Part shown: in pieces, positions 1 through 9,300 of the stretch
Numbering within the stretch: the stretch's first letter is position 1
Layout of the letters: every line of letters starts with the position of its first letter
Source of the DNA: Mycobacterium tuberculosis H37Rv
GTDB taxonomy: Bacteria; Actinomycetota; Actinomycetes; Mycobacteriales; Mycobacteriaceae
Assembly (NCBI RefSeq): GCF_000195955.2
Contig: NC_000962.3
Location: forward strand, 3,270,001-3,302,000
Direction: 5' to 3'
Length of the DNA stretch: 32,000 bases
The notes under the pieces: generated by a model
Databases searched by the model: none
The model's input: the letters and a program-made list of their open reading frames with translations, nothing else
Told to the model about the DNA's origin: nothing
Program-made: the position numbers and the translations under genes

Positions 1-2203
1 GTCCCGTCAACAGCTACGTCCTCCGCGCACACCGCTGCTGAGCAACCTCACCGGTAGCTGGATGTCCGACCAGCAAGTAGTCGATCCGGCCAGCTGGACG
101 CGTCAAATCAGCTCCCCCATCAGGTTCGCCGACGAGCTGGACGTGGTGCTGGCAGCTCCAAGTCGAATCCTGGTCGAGGTTGGTCCGGGCGGCAGCCTGA
201 CCGGTTCGGCTATGCGCCACCCGAAGTGGTCGACCACGCACCGCACCGTTCGGCTTATGCGCCACCCACTGCAAGACGTCGACGACCGCGACACTTTTCT
301 GCGCGCGCTGGGCGAACTCTGGTCTGCCGGAGTCGAGGTCGACTGGACGCCGCGGCGTCCGGCGGTGCCGCACCTCGTTTCCCTGCCGGGTTATCCATTT
401 GCCCGTCAACGGCATTGGGTCGAACCTAACCACACGGTTTGGGCGCAGGCTCCCGGCGCAAACAACGGCTCACCGGCCGGCACTGCGGATGGTTCCACGG
501 CCGCCACCGTCGATGCAGCCCGCAACGGAGAGTCGCAGACCGAGGTTACGCTGCAACGCATCTGGTCACAGTGCCTCGGCGTCAGCTCGGTCGATCGGAA
601 CGCCAATTTCTTCGACCTCGGCGGCGATTCTTTGATGGCGATCAGCATCGCGATGGCCGCCGCCAACGAGGGTCTGACCATCACGCCGCAGGATCTCTAC
701 GAATACCCGACCCTGGCCTCGCTGACGGCCGCCGTCGACGCGTCGTTCGCGTCCAGCGGGTTGGCGAAGCCCCCGGAGGCACAAGCGAACCCGGCGGTTC
801 CACCCAACGTCACGTACTTCCTCGACCGCGGATTGCGCGACACCGGCCGCTGTCGTGTCCCGCTGATCCTGCGCCTGGATCCCAAGATCGGGCTACCGGA
901 TATTCGAGCGGTGCTGACCGCAGTGGTCAACCACCACGACGCATTGCGCCTGCACCTGGTCGGCAACGATGGGATATGGGAGCAGCACATCGCGGCACCC
1001 GCAGAATTCACCGGGCTTTCCAACCGGTCGGTGCCCAACGGCGTGGCTGCAGGCAGCCCCGAGGAACGGGCCGCGGTCTTGGGCATCCTGGCCGAACTCC
1101 TTGAGGATCAAACGGATCCGAACGCGCCGCTGGCTGCCGTTCATATCGCCGCCGCGCACGGCGGTCCGCACTATCTGTGCCTTGCCATACATGCGATGGT
1201 CACCGACGACTCATCGCGCCAGATCCTGGCGACCGACATCGTCACCGCGTTTGGACAACGGCTGGCAGGCGAGGAGATCACGCTGGAACCGGTCAGCACG
1301 GGGTGGCGGGAATGGTCACTGCGTTGCGCGGCCCTCGCGACGCATCCGGCGGCGCTGGACACTCGCTCGTACTGGATCGAGAATTCGACCAAGGCGACTT
1401 TGTGGCTGGCCGATGCCCTTCCCAACGCGCATACCGCCCATCCGCCCCGCGCCGACGAGCTCACCAAGTTGTCGAGCACGCTAAGCGTCGAGCAGACATC
1501 CGAGCTGGACGACGGCCGGCGCAGGTTCCGCCGGTCGATTCAGACGATCCTGCTGGCCGCCCTCGGCCGCACAATAGCTCAGACGGTAGGTGAGGGTGTG
1601 GTCGCCGTGGAGCTCGAAGGCGAGGGCCGCTCGGTGCTGCGGCCGGATGTCGACCTGCGCAGAACGGTCGGCTGGTTCACGACGTACTACCCGGTACCGC
1701 TGGCATGCGCAACAGGGCTGGGCGCGCTTGCGCAGCTGGACGCGGTGCACAACACTCTTAAGTCCGTTCCGCACTACGGAATTGGATACGGGCTGCTGCG
1801 CTACGTTTACGCCCCGACCGGACGTGTCCTGGGCGCTCAGCGCACACCCGACATTCACTTCCGGTATGCGGGCGTGATCCCCGAGCTACCGTCCGGCGAT
1901 GCTCCAGTACAGTTCGACTCGGACATGACGCTTCCGGTGCGCGAACCGATCCCAGGGATGGGCCACGCCATCGAACTTCGGGTGTATCGGTTTGGTGGCT
2001 CACTGCATCTCGATTGGTGGTACGACACCCGCCGGATCCCGGCGGCAACGGCAGAAGCGCTGGAGCGGACCTTCCCGCTGGCCCTCAGCGCGCTGATCCA
2101 GGAGGCCATCGCGGCCGAGCACACAGAGCACGACGACAGCGAGATAGTCGGGGAACCCGAGGCGGGCGCTCTGGTGGACCTGTCGAGCATGGATGCCGGC
2201 TGA
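1..2203 (+). CDS. ppsE: Phthiocerol/phenolphthiocerol type I polyketide synthase PpsE, C-terminal part (5' end lies outside the window)
   Basis: The frame beginning at nt 2 is open from the window edge, with no stop before the first Met at 62. It encodes the tail of an acyltransferase domain, then a carrier-protein motif FFDLGGDSLMAI (Ser codon 629-631), then a ~450-aa condensation-like domain with HAMVTDD (1190-1210). The stop is at 2201-2203. The sequence matches my recollection of the PpsE C-terminus. Confidence 0.9.
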   Translation, partial: SRQQLRPPRTPLLSNLTGSWMSDQQVVDPASWTRQISSPIRFADELDVVLAAPSRILVEVGPGGSLTGSAMRHPKWSTTHRTVRLMRHPLQDVDDRDTFLRALGELWSAGVEVDWTPRRPAVPHLVSLPGYPFARQRHWVEPNHTVWAQAPGANNGSPAGTADGSTAATVDAARNGESQTEVTLQRIWSQCLGVSSVDRNANFFDLGGDSLMAISIAMAAANEGLTITPQDLYEYPTLASLTAAVDASFASSGLAKPPEAQANPAVPPNVTYFLDRGLRDTGRCRVPLILRLDPKIGLPDIRAVLTAVVNHHDALRLHLVGNDGIWEQHIAAPAEFTGLSNRSVPNGVAAGSPEERAAVLGILAELLEDQTDPNAPLAAVHIAAAHGGPHYLCLAIHAMVTDDSSRQILATDIVTAFGQRLAGEEITLEPVSTGWREWSLRCAALATHPAALDTRSYWIENSTKATLWLADALPNAHTAHPPRADELTKLSSTLSVEQTSELDDGRRRFRRSIQTILLAALGRTIAQTVGEGVVAVELEGEGRSVLRPDVDLRRTVGWFTTYYPVPLACATGLGALAQLDAVHNTLKSVPHYGIGYGLLRYVYAPTGRVLGAQRTPDIHFRYAGVIPELPSGDAPVQFDSDMTLPVREPIPGMGHAIELRVYRFGGSLHLDWWYDTRRIPAATAEALERTFPLALSALIQEAIAAEHTEHDDSEIVGEPEAGALVDLSSMDAG

Positions 2204-2213
2204 GGAGGATCGG

Positions 2214-3209
2214 ATGCGCAACGACGACATGGCGGTGGTGGTTAACGGGGTTCGCAAGACCTACGGCAAGGGCAAGATTGTGGCCCTCGATGACGTGAGT
2301 TTCAAGGTGCGCCGCGGTGAAGTGATCGGGCTGCTGGGCCCCAACGGGGCCGGCAAGACGACCATGGTGGACATCTTGTCGACGCTGACCCGACCGGATG
2401 CCGGCTCGGCGATCATCGCTGGCTACGATGTTGTTTCCGAACCGGCCGGTGTACGCCGCTCGATCATGGTCACCGGGCAGCAGGTGGCCGTCGACGACGC
2501 GCTTTCCGGTGAGCAGAACCTGGTGTTGTTTGGTCGTCTGTGGGGACTGAGCAAGTCCGCGGCGCGCAAACGCGCCGCCGAACTGCTCGAGCAATTCAGC
2601 CTCGTACATGCCGGAAAGAGGCGGGTGGGCACCTACTCCGGCGGAATGCGCCGACGAATAGACATCGCGTGCGGATTGGTGGTCCAACCCCAGGTGGCGT
2701 TCTTAGACGAGCCCACCACCGGGCTCGATCCCAGGAGCCGGCAAGCTATTTGGGATCTGGTGGCCAGCTTCAAGAAGCTGGGCATTGCCACGTTGTTGAC
2801 CACGCAGTATCTCGAGGAGGCGGATGCGCTCAGTGACCGCATCATCCTGATCGATCACGGCATAATCATCGCCGAAGGCACCGCGAATGAACTCAAGCAC
2901 CGCGCCGGCGACACCTTCTGCGAAATAGTGCCCCGCGATCTGAAGGATCTGGACGCTATCGTCGCGGCGCTCGGTTCGCTGTTGCCCGAGCACCACAGGG
3001 CGATGCTGACGCCCGACTCAGACCGCATTACGATGCCGGCGCCTGACGGCATACGTATGCTCGTCGAGGCAGCGCGCCGGATCGACGAGGCGAGGATCGA
3101 GCTAGCCGATATTGCGCTGCGCCGACCGTCACTCGATCACGTATTCCTGGCCATGACGACCGATCCCACCGAGTCTCTGACCCATCTGGTGTCGGGGTCC
3201 GCGCGATGA
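2214..3209 (+). CDS. drrA: ABC transporter ATP-binding subunit DrrA (PDIM export)
   Basis: Contains Walker A GPNGAGKTT, ABC signature YSGGMRRR and Walker B AFLDEPTTGLD. I prefer the ATG at 2214 because a strong Shine-Dalgarno GAGGAGGA sits directly upstream (about 2202-2209). This gives 331 aa, as I recall for Rv2936. The ORF-track start at 2193 would overlap ppsE. Confidence 0.92.
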   Translation: MRNDDMAVVVNGVRKTYGKGKIVALDDVSFKVRRGEVIGLLGPNGAGKTTMVDILSTLTRPDAGSAIIAGYDVVSEPAGVRRSIMVTGQQVAVDDALSGEQNLVLFGRLWGLSKSAARKRAAELLEQFSLVHAGKRRVGTYSGGMRRRIDIACGLVVQPQVAFLDEPTTGLDPRSRQAIWDLVASFKKLGIATLLTTQYLEEADALSDRIILIDHGIIIAEGTANELKHRAGDTFCEIVPRDLKDLDAIVAALGSLLPEHHRAMLTPDSDRITMPAPDGIRMLVEAARRIDEARIELADIALRRPSLDHVFLAMTTDPTESLTHLVSGSAR

Positions 3210-4075
3210 GCGGCCCGGCCATAGATGCGAGCCCCGCCCTGACCTTCAACCAGTCAAGCGCGAGCATTCAGCAGCGACGCTTATCGACCGGGCGACAGAT
3301 GTGGGTGCTCTATCGGCGTTTCGCCGCGCCGAGCCTACTCAACGGTGAAGTACTCACCACGGTGGGCGCGCCGATAATTTTCATGGTGGGCTTCTATATC
3401 CCGTTCGCCATACCGTGGAACCAATTTGTGGGTGGCGCCAGCTCGGGCGTCGCCAGCAACTTAGGGCAATACATCACGCCGTTGGTCACACTGCAGGCGG
3501 TCTCGTTCGCCGCGATCGGGTCGGGCTTTCGAGCCGCGACCGATTCGCTGCTAGGCGTCAATCGTCGGTTTCAGTCCATGCCGATGGCCCCGTTGACGCC
3601 ACTGCTTGCCCGCGTGTGGGTGGCTGTGGACCGATGCTTCACGGGTTTGGTGATATCGCTAGTTTGCGGCTACGTCATCGGATTCCGTTTTCATCGCGGG
3701 GCCCTCTATATCGTCGGTTTTTGCCTACTGGTTATCGCGATCGGGGCTGTGCTGTCATTCGCCGCTGACCTGGTTGGCACCGTTACCAGGAACCCAGACG
3801 CGATGCTGCCGCTGCTGAGCTTGCCCATTTTGATCTTCGGACTGCTGTCCATTGGTCTCATGCCGTTAAAGCTGTTTCCGCACTGGATCCATCCATTTGT
3901 TCGCAACCAGCCGATCTCCCAGTTCGTCGCGGCGCTGCGGGCATTGGCCGGAGATACCACCAAGACAGCCTCACAGGTGAGTTGGCCTGTGATGGCTCCG
4001 ACGTTGACGTGGTTGTTCGCTTTCGTGGTGATCCTGGCGCTTTCATCCACCATTGTTTTGGCTAGGCGGCCATGA
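3206..4075 (+). CDS. drrB: ABC-2 type transporter membrane subunit DrrB
   Basis: A 289-aa hydrophobic multi-pass protein. Its start overlaps the drrA stop in an ATGA (3206-3209). Its position and sequence match DrrB. Confidence 0.9.
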   Translation: MSGPAIDASPALTFNQSSASIQQRRLSTGRQMWVLYRRFAAPSLLNGEVLTTVGAPIIFMVGFYIPFAIPWNQFVGGASSGVASNLGQYITPLVTLQAVSFAAIGSGFRAATDSLLGVNRRFQSMPMAPLTPLLARVWVAVDRCFTGLVISLVCGYVIGFRFHRGALYIVGFCLLVIAIGAVLSFAADLVGTVTRNPDAMLPLLSLPILIFGLLSIGLMPLKLFPHWIHPFVRNQPISQFVAALRALAGDTTKTASQVSWPVMAPTLTWLFAFVVILALSSTIVLARRP

Positions 4076-4902
4076 TCACGACGACAAGTCAGGAAATCGA
4101 GCTTGCACCCACACGTTTGCCAGGCTCGCAAAACGCTGCTCGGCTGTTCGTTGCGCAGACCCTTTTGCAGACCAACCGGTTGCTAACTCGATGGGCACGT
4201 GACTATATCACCGTTATCGGAGCGATCGTGTTACCGATTCTCTTCATGGTGGTGTTGAACATTGTGCTAGGTAACCTAGCTTATGTCGTAACCCACGACA
4301 GCGGGCTCTACAGCATTGTTCCGCTGATCGCACTCGGCGCCGCGATCACTGGGTCAACTTTTGTCGCGATCGACCTGATGCGCGAGCGCTCCTTCGGACT
4401 GCTTGCCCGACTGTGGGTGCTGCCCGTGCACCGAGCATCGGGCCTGATCTCTCGAATCCTGGCAAACGCGATTCGGACTCTGGTCACCACTTTAGTGATG
4501 CTAGGTACTGGGGTGGTATTGGGTTTCCGGTTTCGACAAGGCCTGATCCCGAGCCTCATGTGGATTAGTGTCCCGGTGATACTGGGCATCGCAATCGCGG
4601 CTATGGTCACTACCGTCGCGCTTTACACAGCACAAACCGTTGTTGTCGAAGGCGTTGAGCTGGTGCAAGCAATCGCGATCTTCTTCTCCACGGGTTTGGT
4701 GCCGCTCAACTCGTATCCAGGCTGGATTCAGCCGTTCGTCGCCCATCAGCCGGTGAGCTACGCCATCGCGGCGATGCGCGGTTTTGCAATGGGTGGTCCG
4801 GTCCTCTCTCCGATGATCGGGATGCTGGTGTGGACCGCGGGTATCTGCGTCGTATGCGCCGTACCCTTGGCCATTGGCTACCGACGGGCCAGCACGCATT
4901 GA
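4072..4902 (+). CDS. drrC: ABC-2 type transporter membrane subunit DrrC
   Basis: A 276-aa hydrophobic multi-pass protein paralogous in topology to DrrB. Its start overlaps the drrB stop in an ATGA (4072-4075). Confidence 0.9.
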   Translation: MITTTSQEIELAPTRLPGSQNAARLFVAQTLLQTNRLLTRWARDYITVIGAIVLPILFMVVLNIVLGNLAYVVTHDSGLYSIVPLIALGAAITGSTFVAIDLMRERSFGLLARLWVLPVHRASGLISRILANAIRTLVTTLVMLGTGVVLGFRFRQGLIPSLMWISVPVILGIAIAAMVTTVALYTAQTVVVEGVELVQAIAIFFSTGLVPLNSYPGWIQPFVAHQPVSYAIAAMRGFAMGGPVLSPMIGMLVWTAGICVVCAVPLAIGYRRASTH

Positions 4903-4948
4903 CCAGCACCGCTGGCCCGGGATGCCGTGACGAGTTGGGAGTGTTGAG

Positions 4949-6217
4949 ATGTTTCCCGGATCTGTGATCCGAAAGCTGTCGCACAGCGAGGAAGTCTTCG
5001 CGCAGTACGAGGTTTTTACTTCCATGACAATCCAGCTGCGCGGTGTTATCGATGTCGATGCGCTGTCGGATGCCTTCGACGCCCTCTTGGAAACCCACCC
5101 AGTCCTGGCCAGCCACCTTGAGCAAAGCTCCGACGGCGGTTGGAATCTCGTTGCCGACGACCTGCTGCACTCTGGAATCTGTGTCATCGACGGCACGGCC
5201 GCCACCAACGGGTCACCGTCGGGAAACGCCGAACTACGGCTCGACCAGAGCGTGTCCCTATTGCATCTGCAGCTGATCCTCCGCGAAGGAGGAGCCGAGC
5301 TGACGCTATACCTCCATCACTGCATGGCCGATGGTCATCACGGGGCCGTTCTCGTCGACGAGCTGTTCTCCCGCTACACCGACGCGGTCACTACCGGTGA
5401 CCCCGGCCCGATAACCCCGCAGCCCACGCCGCTGTCAATGGAGGCTGTGCTGGCACAGCGGGGTATCAGGAAGCAAGGGCTTTCGGGAGCTGAACGTTTT
5501 ATGTCGGTGATGTATGCCTATGAGATCCCTGCCACCGAGACGCCGGCGGTCCTCGCGCATCCTGGGCTGCCCCAAGCTGTTCCGGTCACCCGACTCTGGC
5601 TTTCCAAGCAGCAGACATCGGACCTCATGGCGTTCGGCCGCGAGCATCGCCTCAGCCTTAACGCCGTGGTCGCGGCAGCCATCCTGCTGACCGAGTGGCA
5701 GCTGCGCAACACCCCGCACGTCCCGATTCCCTACGTTTACCCCGTCGACCTGCGATTTGTTCTAGCTCCCCCAGTGGCCCCGACAGAAGCTACCAATCTC
5801 CTCGGGGCGGCGTCTTACCTCGCTGAGATCGGGCCGAATACCGACATCGTGGATCTGGCAAGCGATATCGTTGCCACACTTCGGGCTGACTTGGCCAATG
5901 GTGTGATTCAGCAGTCGGGGCTCCACTTCGGCACGGCATTCGAAGGAACTCCTCCCGGCCTACCACCACTTGTCTTCTGCACTGACGCCACTTCATTTCC
6001 CACCATGCGCACACCGCCGGGCCTGGAGATCGAAGACATTAAGGGCCAATTCTATTGTTCGATCAGCGTCCCCCTCGATCTGTACTCGTGTGCCGTTTAC
6101 GCAGGACAACTGATCATCGAGCATCATGGGCACATCGCGGAACCGGGGAAGTCCCTCGAGGCGATACGTTCACTGCTGTGCACCGTTCCCTCGGAGTATG
6201 GCTGGATCATGGAGTGA
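4949..6217 (+). CDS. papA5: Phthiocerol/phthiodiolone dimycocerosyl transferase PapA5 (condensation-domain-family acyltransferase)
   Basis: A 422-aa ORF with the catalytic HHxxxDG motif HHCMADG at 5315-5335 (His123/His124). A GGGAG Shine-Dalgarno at 4937-4941 lies 7 nt before the ATG. Confidence 0.93.
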   Translation: MFPGSVIRKLSHSEEVFAQYEVFTSMTIQLRGVIDVDALSDAFDALLETHPVLASHLEQSSDGGWNLVADDLLHSGICVIDGTAATNGSPSGNAELRLDQSVSLLHLQLILREGGAELTLYLHHCMADGHHGAVLVDELFSRYTDAVTTGDPGPITPQPTPLSMEAVLAQRGIRKQGLSGAERFMSVMYAYEIPATETPAVLAHPGLPQAVPVTRLWLSKQQTSDLMAFGREHRLSLNAVVAAAILLTEWQLRNTPHVPIPYVYPVDLRFVLAPPVAPTEATNLLGAASYLAEIGPNTDIVDLASDIVATLRADLANGVIQQSGLHFGTAFEGTPPGLPPLVFCTDATSFPTMRTPPGLEIEDIKGQFYCSISVPLDLYSCAVYAGQLIIEHHGHIAEPGKSLEAIRSLLCTVPSEYGWIME

Positions 6218-6379
6218 CCTAACGAACCAGCCCGCCGATCGGGCTTCGGCCAGATCACGCACTCGCGTCCCGAACCGATCATCATATCCGCCCCAGCTGC
6301 GGTCGCGGCTGACAAGCCTTACCCCGCAGCTCACCTCATGATCTCACCACGAGGCTTGCGGCACAACAGAATTCGACCG

Positions 6380-9300
6380 CTATGATGCCGCCGGTGCCGC
6401 CGCCTGCTCCTCGGCCAGCGTGTCCGCCAAGTACTGGGCCAAAGCGCGGGCGGTGTTGTTTGTGGCGATGACCTTGGGGGTCAGGCGTATCCCGGTCTCG
6501 GTTTCAACGTGGGTACGCATCTCGAGCATGCCCAGCGAATCCAGGCCGTACTCGATGAATGAGCGGTCAGCGTCGATCGTGCGACGCAGGATCACACTGG
6601 CCTGCTCAACCAGCAGACGCCGTAGCCGGCCGGCCCATTCATCTTGCGGCAGCGAAAGGAGCTCCATGCGGAATTTGCTTGGGCCCCTTGACCGCTGCCC
6701 AGTGGATGCGAACATTTCACCCCACGGGCTGCGTCGGACAAGGTCGGCCAGCCATGGCGCCCCGAGGATCGGAATGTAACCGCTGTAGGCGCGGTCGTGG
6801 CGCACGAGCGTCTCGAAGGCATACGCACCTTCCTCCGGGGTGATCATGATTTCGCCCCCCTCGGCCAAGAACGTGGCGCGGCCGACCTCGCCCCACGCAC
6901 CCCACGCAATCGCGCTGACCGGCAGGCCCTGGGCGCGGCGCCAGTGCGCGAAGACGTCGACCCAGCTGTTGGCCGCCGCGTAGGCGCCCTGACCCGGCGA
7001 GCCGAGCAATGCCGCTCCCGAGGAGAACAAGCAGAACCAGTCCAGCGGCTGACCGAGGGTGGCGCGGTGTAGGTTCCAGGATCCGAACACCTTGGGCGAC
7101 CAGTCGCGATCGATGAGCTCATCGGTGATGTTGGTCAGCGTGGCATCCTCGACCACCGCCGCCGAGTGCAGCACACCGCGCAGCGGAAGCCCGGTAGCGG
7201 TCGCCGCACTCACCAGCCGGTCCGCCGTGTCGGGTTCGGCGATGTTGCCACACTCCACCACGATGTCGGCCCCAGCCGCGCGCAGGCCTTCGATGGTCTG
7301 CCGCGCTTTGGGGTTGGGCTGGGAACGTGCGGTCAGCACGATCCGGCCACAGCCCGCCGCGGCCAGCTTCGAGGCGAAGAACAGGCCGAGGCCACCCAGG
7401 CCGCCGGTGATGATGTAGGAGCCGTCGCGGCGGTACAGCGGAGCTTGCTCCGGGGTGACCGCCACGCTTCTACGGCCGCTACGCGGTACGTCGAGCACGA
7501 GTTTGCCGGTGTGCTCGGCGTTGCTCATTGCCCGGATGGCGTCGGCCGCCTCGGCCAACGGGTAATGAGTGCATTGCGGTGCGGTCAGCACCCCGTCTGC
7601 GGTGAGCTTGAACACCGTGGCCAGCAACTCACGGACCCGGTCGGGCTGGGTGACCGACATCAGCGCGAGGTCCAAGTAGTAGAAGGTCAGTCCGCGACGG
7701 AACGGGAACAGCCCCAGCCGGGTGTTGCCGTAAACGTCGGCCTTGCCGATTTCGACGAAGCGTCCGCCGAAGGCCAACAACTCCAGCCCCGCACGTTGGG
7801 CGGCGCCGGTCAGCGAGTTCAGCACGATATCCACGCCGTACCCGTCGGTGTCGCGCCGGATCTGCTCGGCGAACTCGACGCTGCGCGAATCGTAGACATG
7901 CTCGACGCCCATGTCGCGCAGCATGGCTCGCTTCGCGGGATTGCCGGCGGTCGCGAAAATCTCCGCTCCCTTGGCGCGGGCAATCGATATGGCCGCCTGC
8001 CCCACACCGCCGGTGGCGGAGTGAATCAACACTTTGTCACCGGCCTTGATCTGAGCCAGGTCGTTGAGCCCATACCAGGCGGTGGCATGCGCGGTGGCCG
8101 CCGTGATCGCCTGCTCATCGGTCAAGCCGGGCGGCAGCGTGACCGCGAGGTTGGCGTCACAGGTGAGGAACGTCCGCCAACAGCCACCTTCGGAGAAACC
8201 GCCAACACGATCACCGACCTGGTGACCGGTGACACCTTCCCCGACCGCAGTCACCACACCGACGAAATCCATACCCAACTGCGGCTCGCGGTCATCGATA
8301 ATGGGGAATCGTCCAAACGCGATCAAAACGTCGGCGAAGTTGATGCTGGACATGCTGACCGCGACTTCGATTTGCCCGGGGCCGGGCGGAACTCGGTCAC
8401 TCGCAACGAATTCCAACGTTTGCAAGTCTCCCGGCCTGCGGACCTGCACCCGCATACCGTCGTGGTCGGGATCCAAGACCGCGGTGCGCCGCTCTTCATG
8501 GCCCAGCGGACTGGGGGTCAAGCGGGCCACATACCAGTCGCCATTCCGCCAGGCCGTCTCGTCCTCTTCCGATCCGCTCAGCAGCTGCTGGGCCACCCGC
8601 TCAACGTCCGTGTGTTCGTCCACATCGATCAAGGTGGTGCGCAGCATCGGATGTTCACTGCTGATCACCCGTAGCAGACCACGCAGGCCGGCCTGCTCCA
8701 GGTTGGCTCTTTCTCCCGAGTCGTGCGGCTTCACTATCTGGGCTTGTCTGGTCACCACGAACAAGCGCGGCAGCTCGCCCTCGAATTCAGCCAGTTCCCG
8801 GGTGATCCGAACCAGGTGACGGACCTGTTCACGACCGGCCAGCAGACTGTGCTCATCGGGGTCGCCGACGCGAGGCCCATACACGATCACCACACCATCG
8901 CGGCCACGCAGCTGGCTGCCCAGCTTTTCGAGGCCAGCTTGATCGTTGGGCGGGGTGTCCTGGACCGACCAGGACAGGCTGGCGCATTCGGTGCCTTGGG
9001 GGCCGTGGGACTTCAGCGCGTCCGTCAACGTGGAAGCCAACATGTCGGGGGTGTCGACGGCGTTGGAAGTGTCGATCAATAGCCACGATCCAGCCTCGCC
9101 GTCGCCAACCTCGGGCAGCGCTCGCTGCTGCCATCCGAGGGTCAGTAGCCGCTCGCTGACTAGGCGGTCACGCTCGTCGCGTTCGGAGGTCCCGGTTCCC
9201 ATGCGTAGCCCACGCACGGCCAACAGGACGGTCCCGTGCTCGTCCAGCACGTCGAGGTCGGCCTCACCACCTCGGGTCCCGTCGTTGAAGGCCTTGGTCA

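Noticed and set aside
2193-2213. The upstream ATG at 2193 as the drrA start, and analogously 30609 as the Rv2949c start
   Set aside because: Both would overlap the preceding gene. Both also lack a Shine-Dalgarno, whereas the downstream ATGs (2214 and 30570) have strong purine-rich sites at appropriate spacing.
6229-6331. Hairpins in the convergent papA5/mas gap (AGCCCG-ccgat-CGGGCT at 6229-6245; AGCTGCGG...CCGCAGCT at 6295-6331) as intrinsic terminators
   Set aside because: The stems are short (6 and 8 bp), the second has a 21-nt loop, and neither is followed by a U-tract on either strand. They are plausible but not supportable as terminators from sequence alone.
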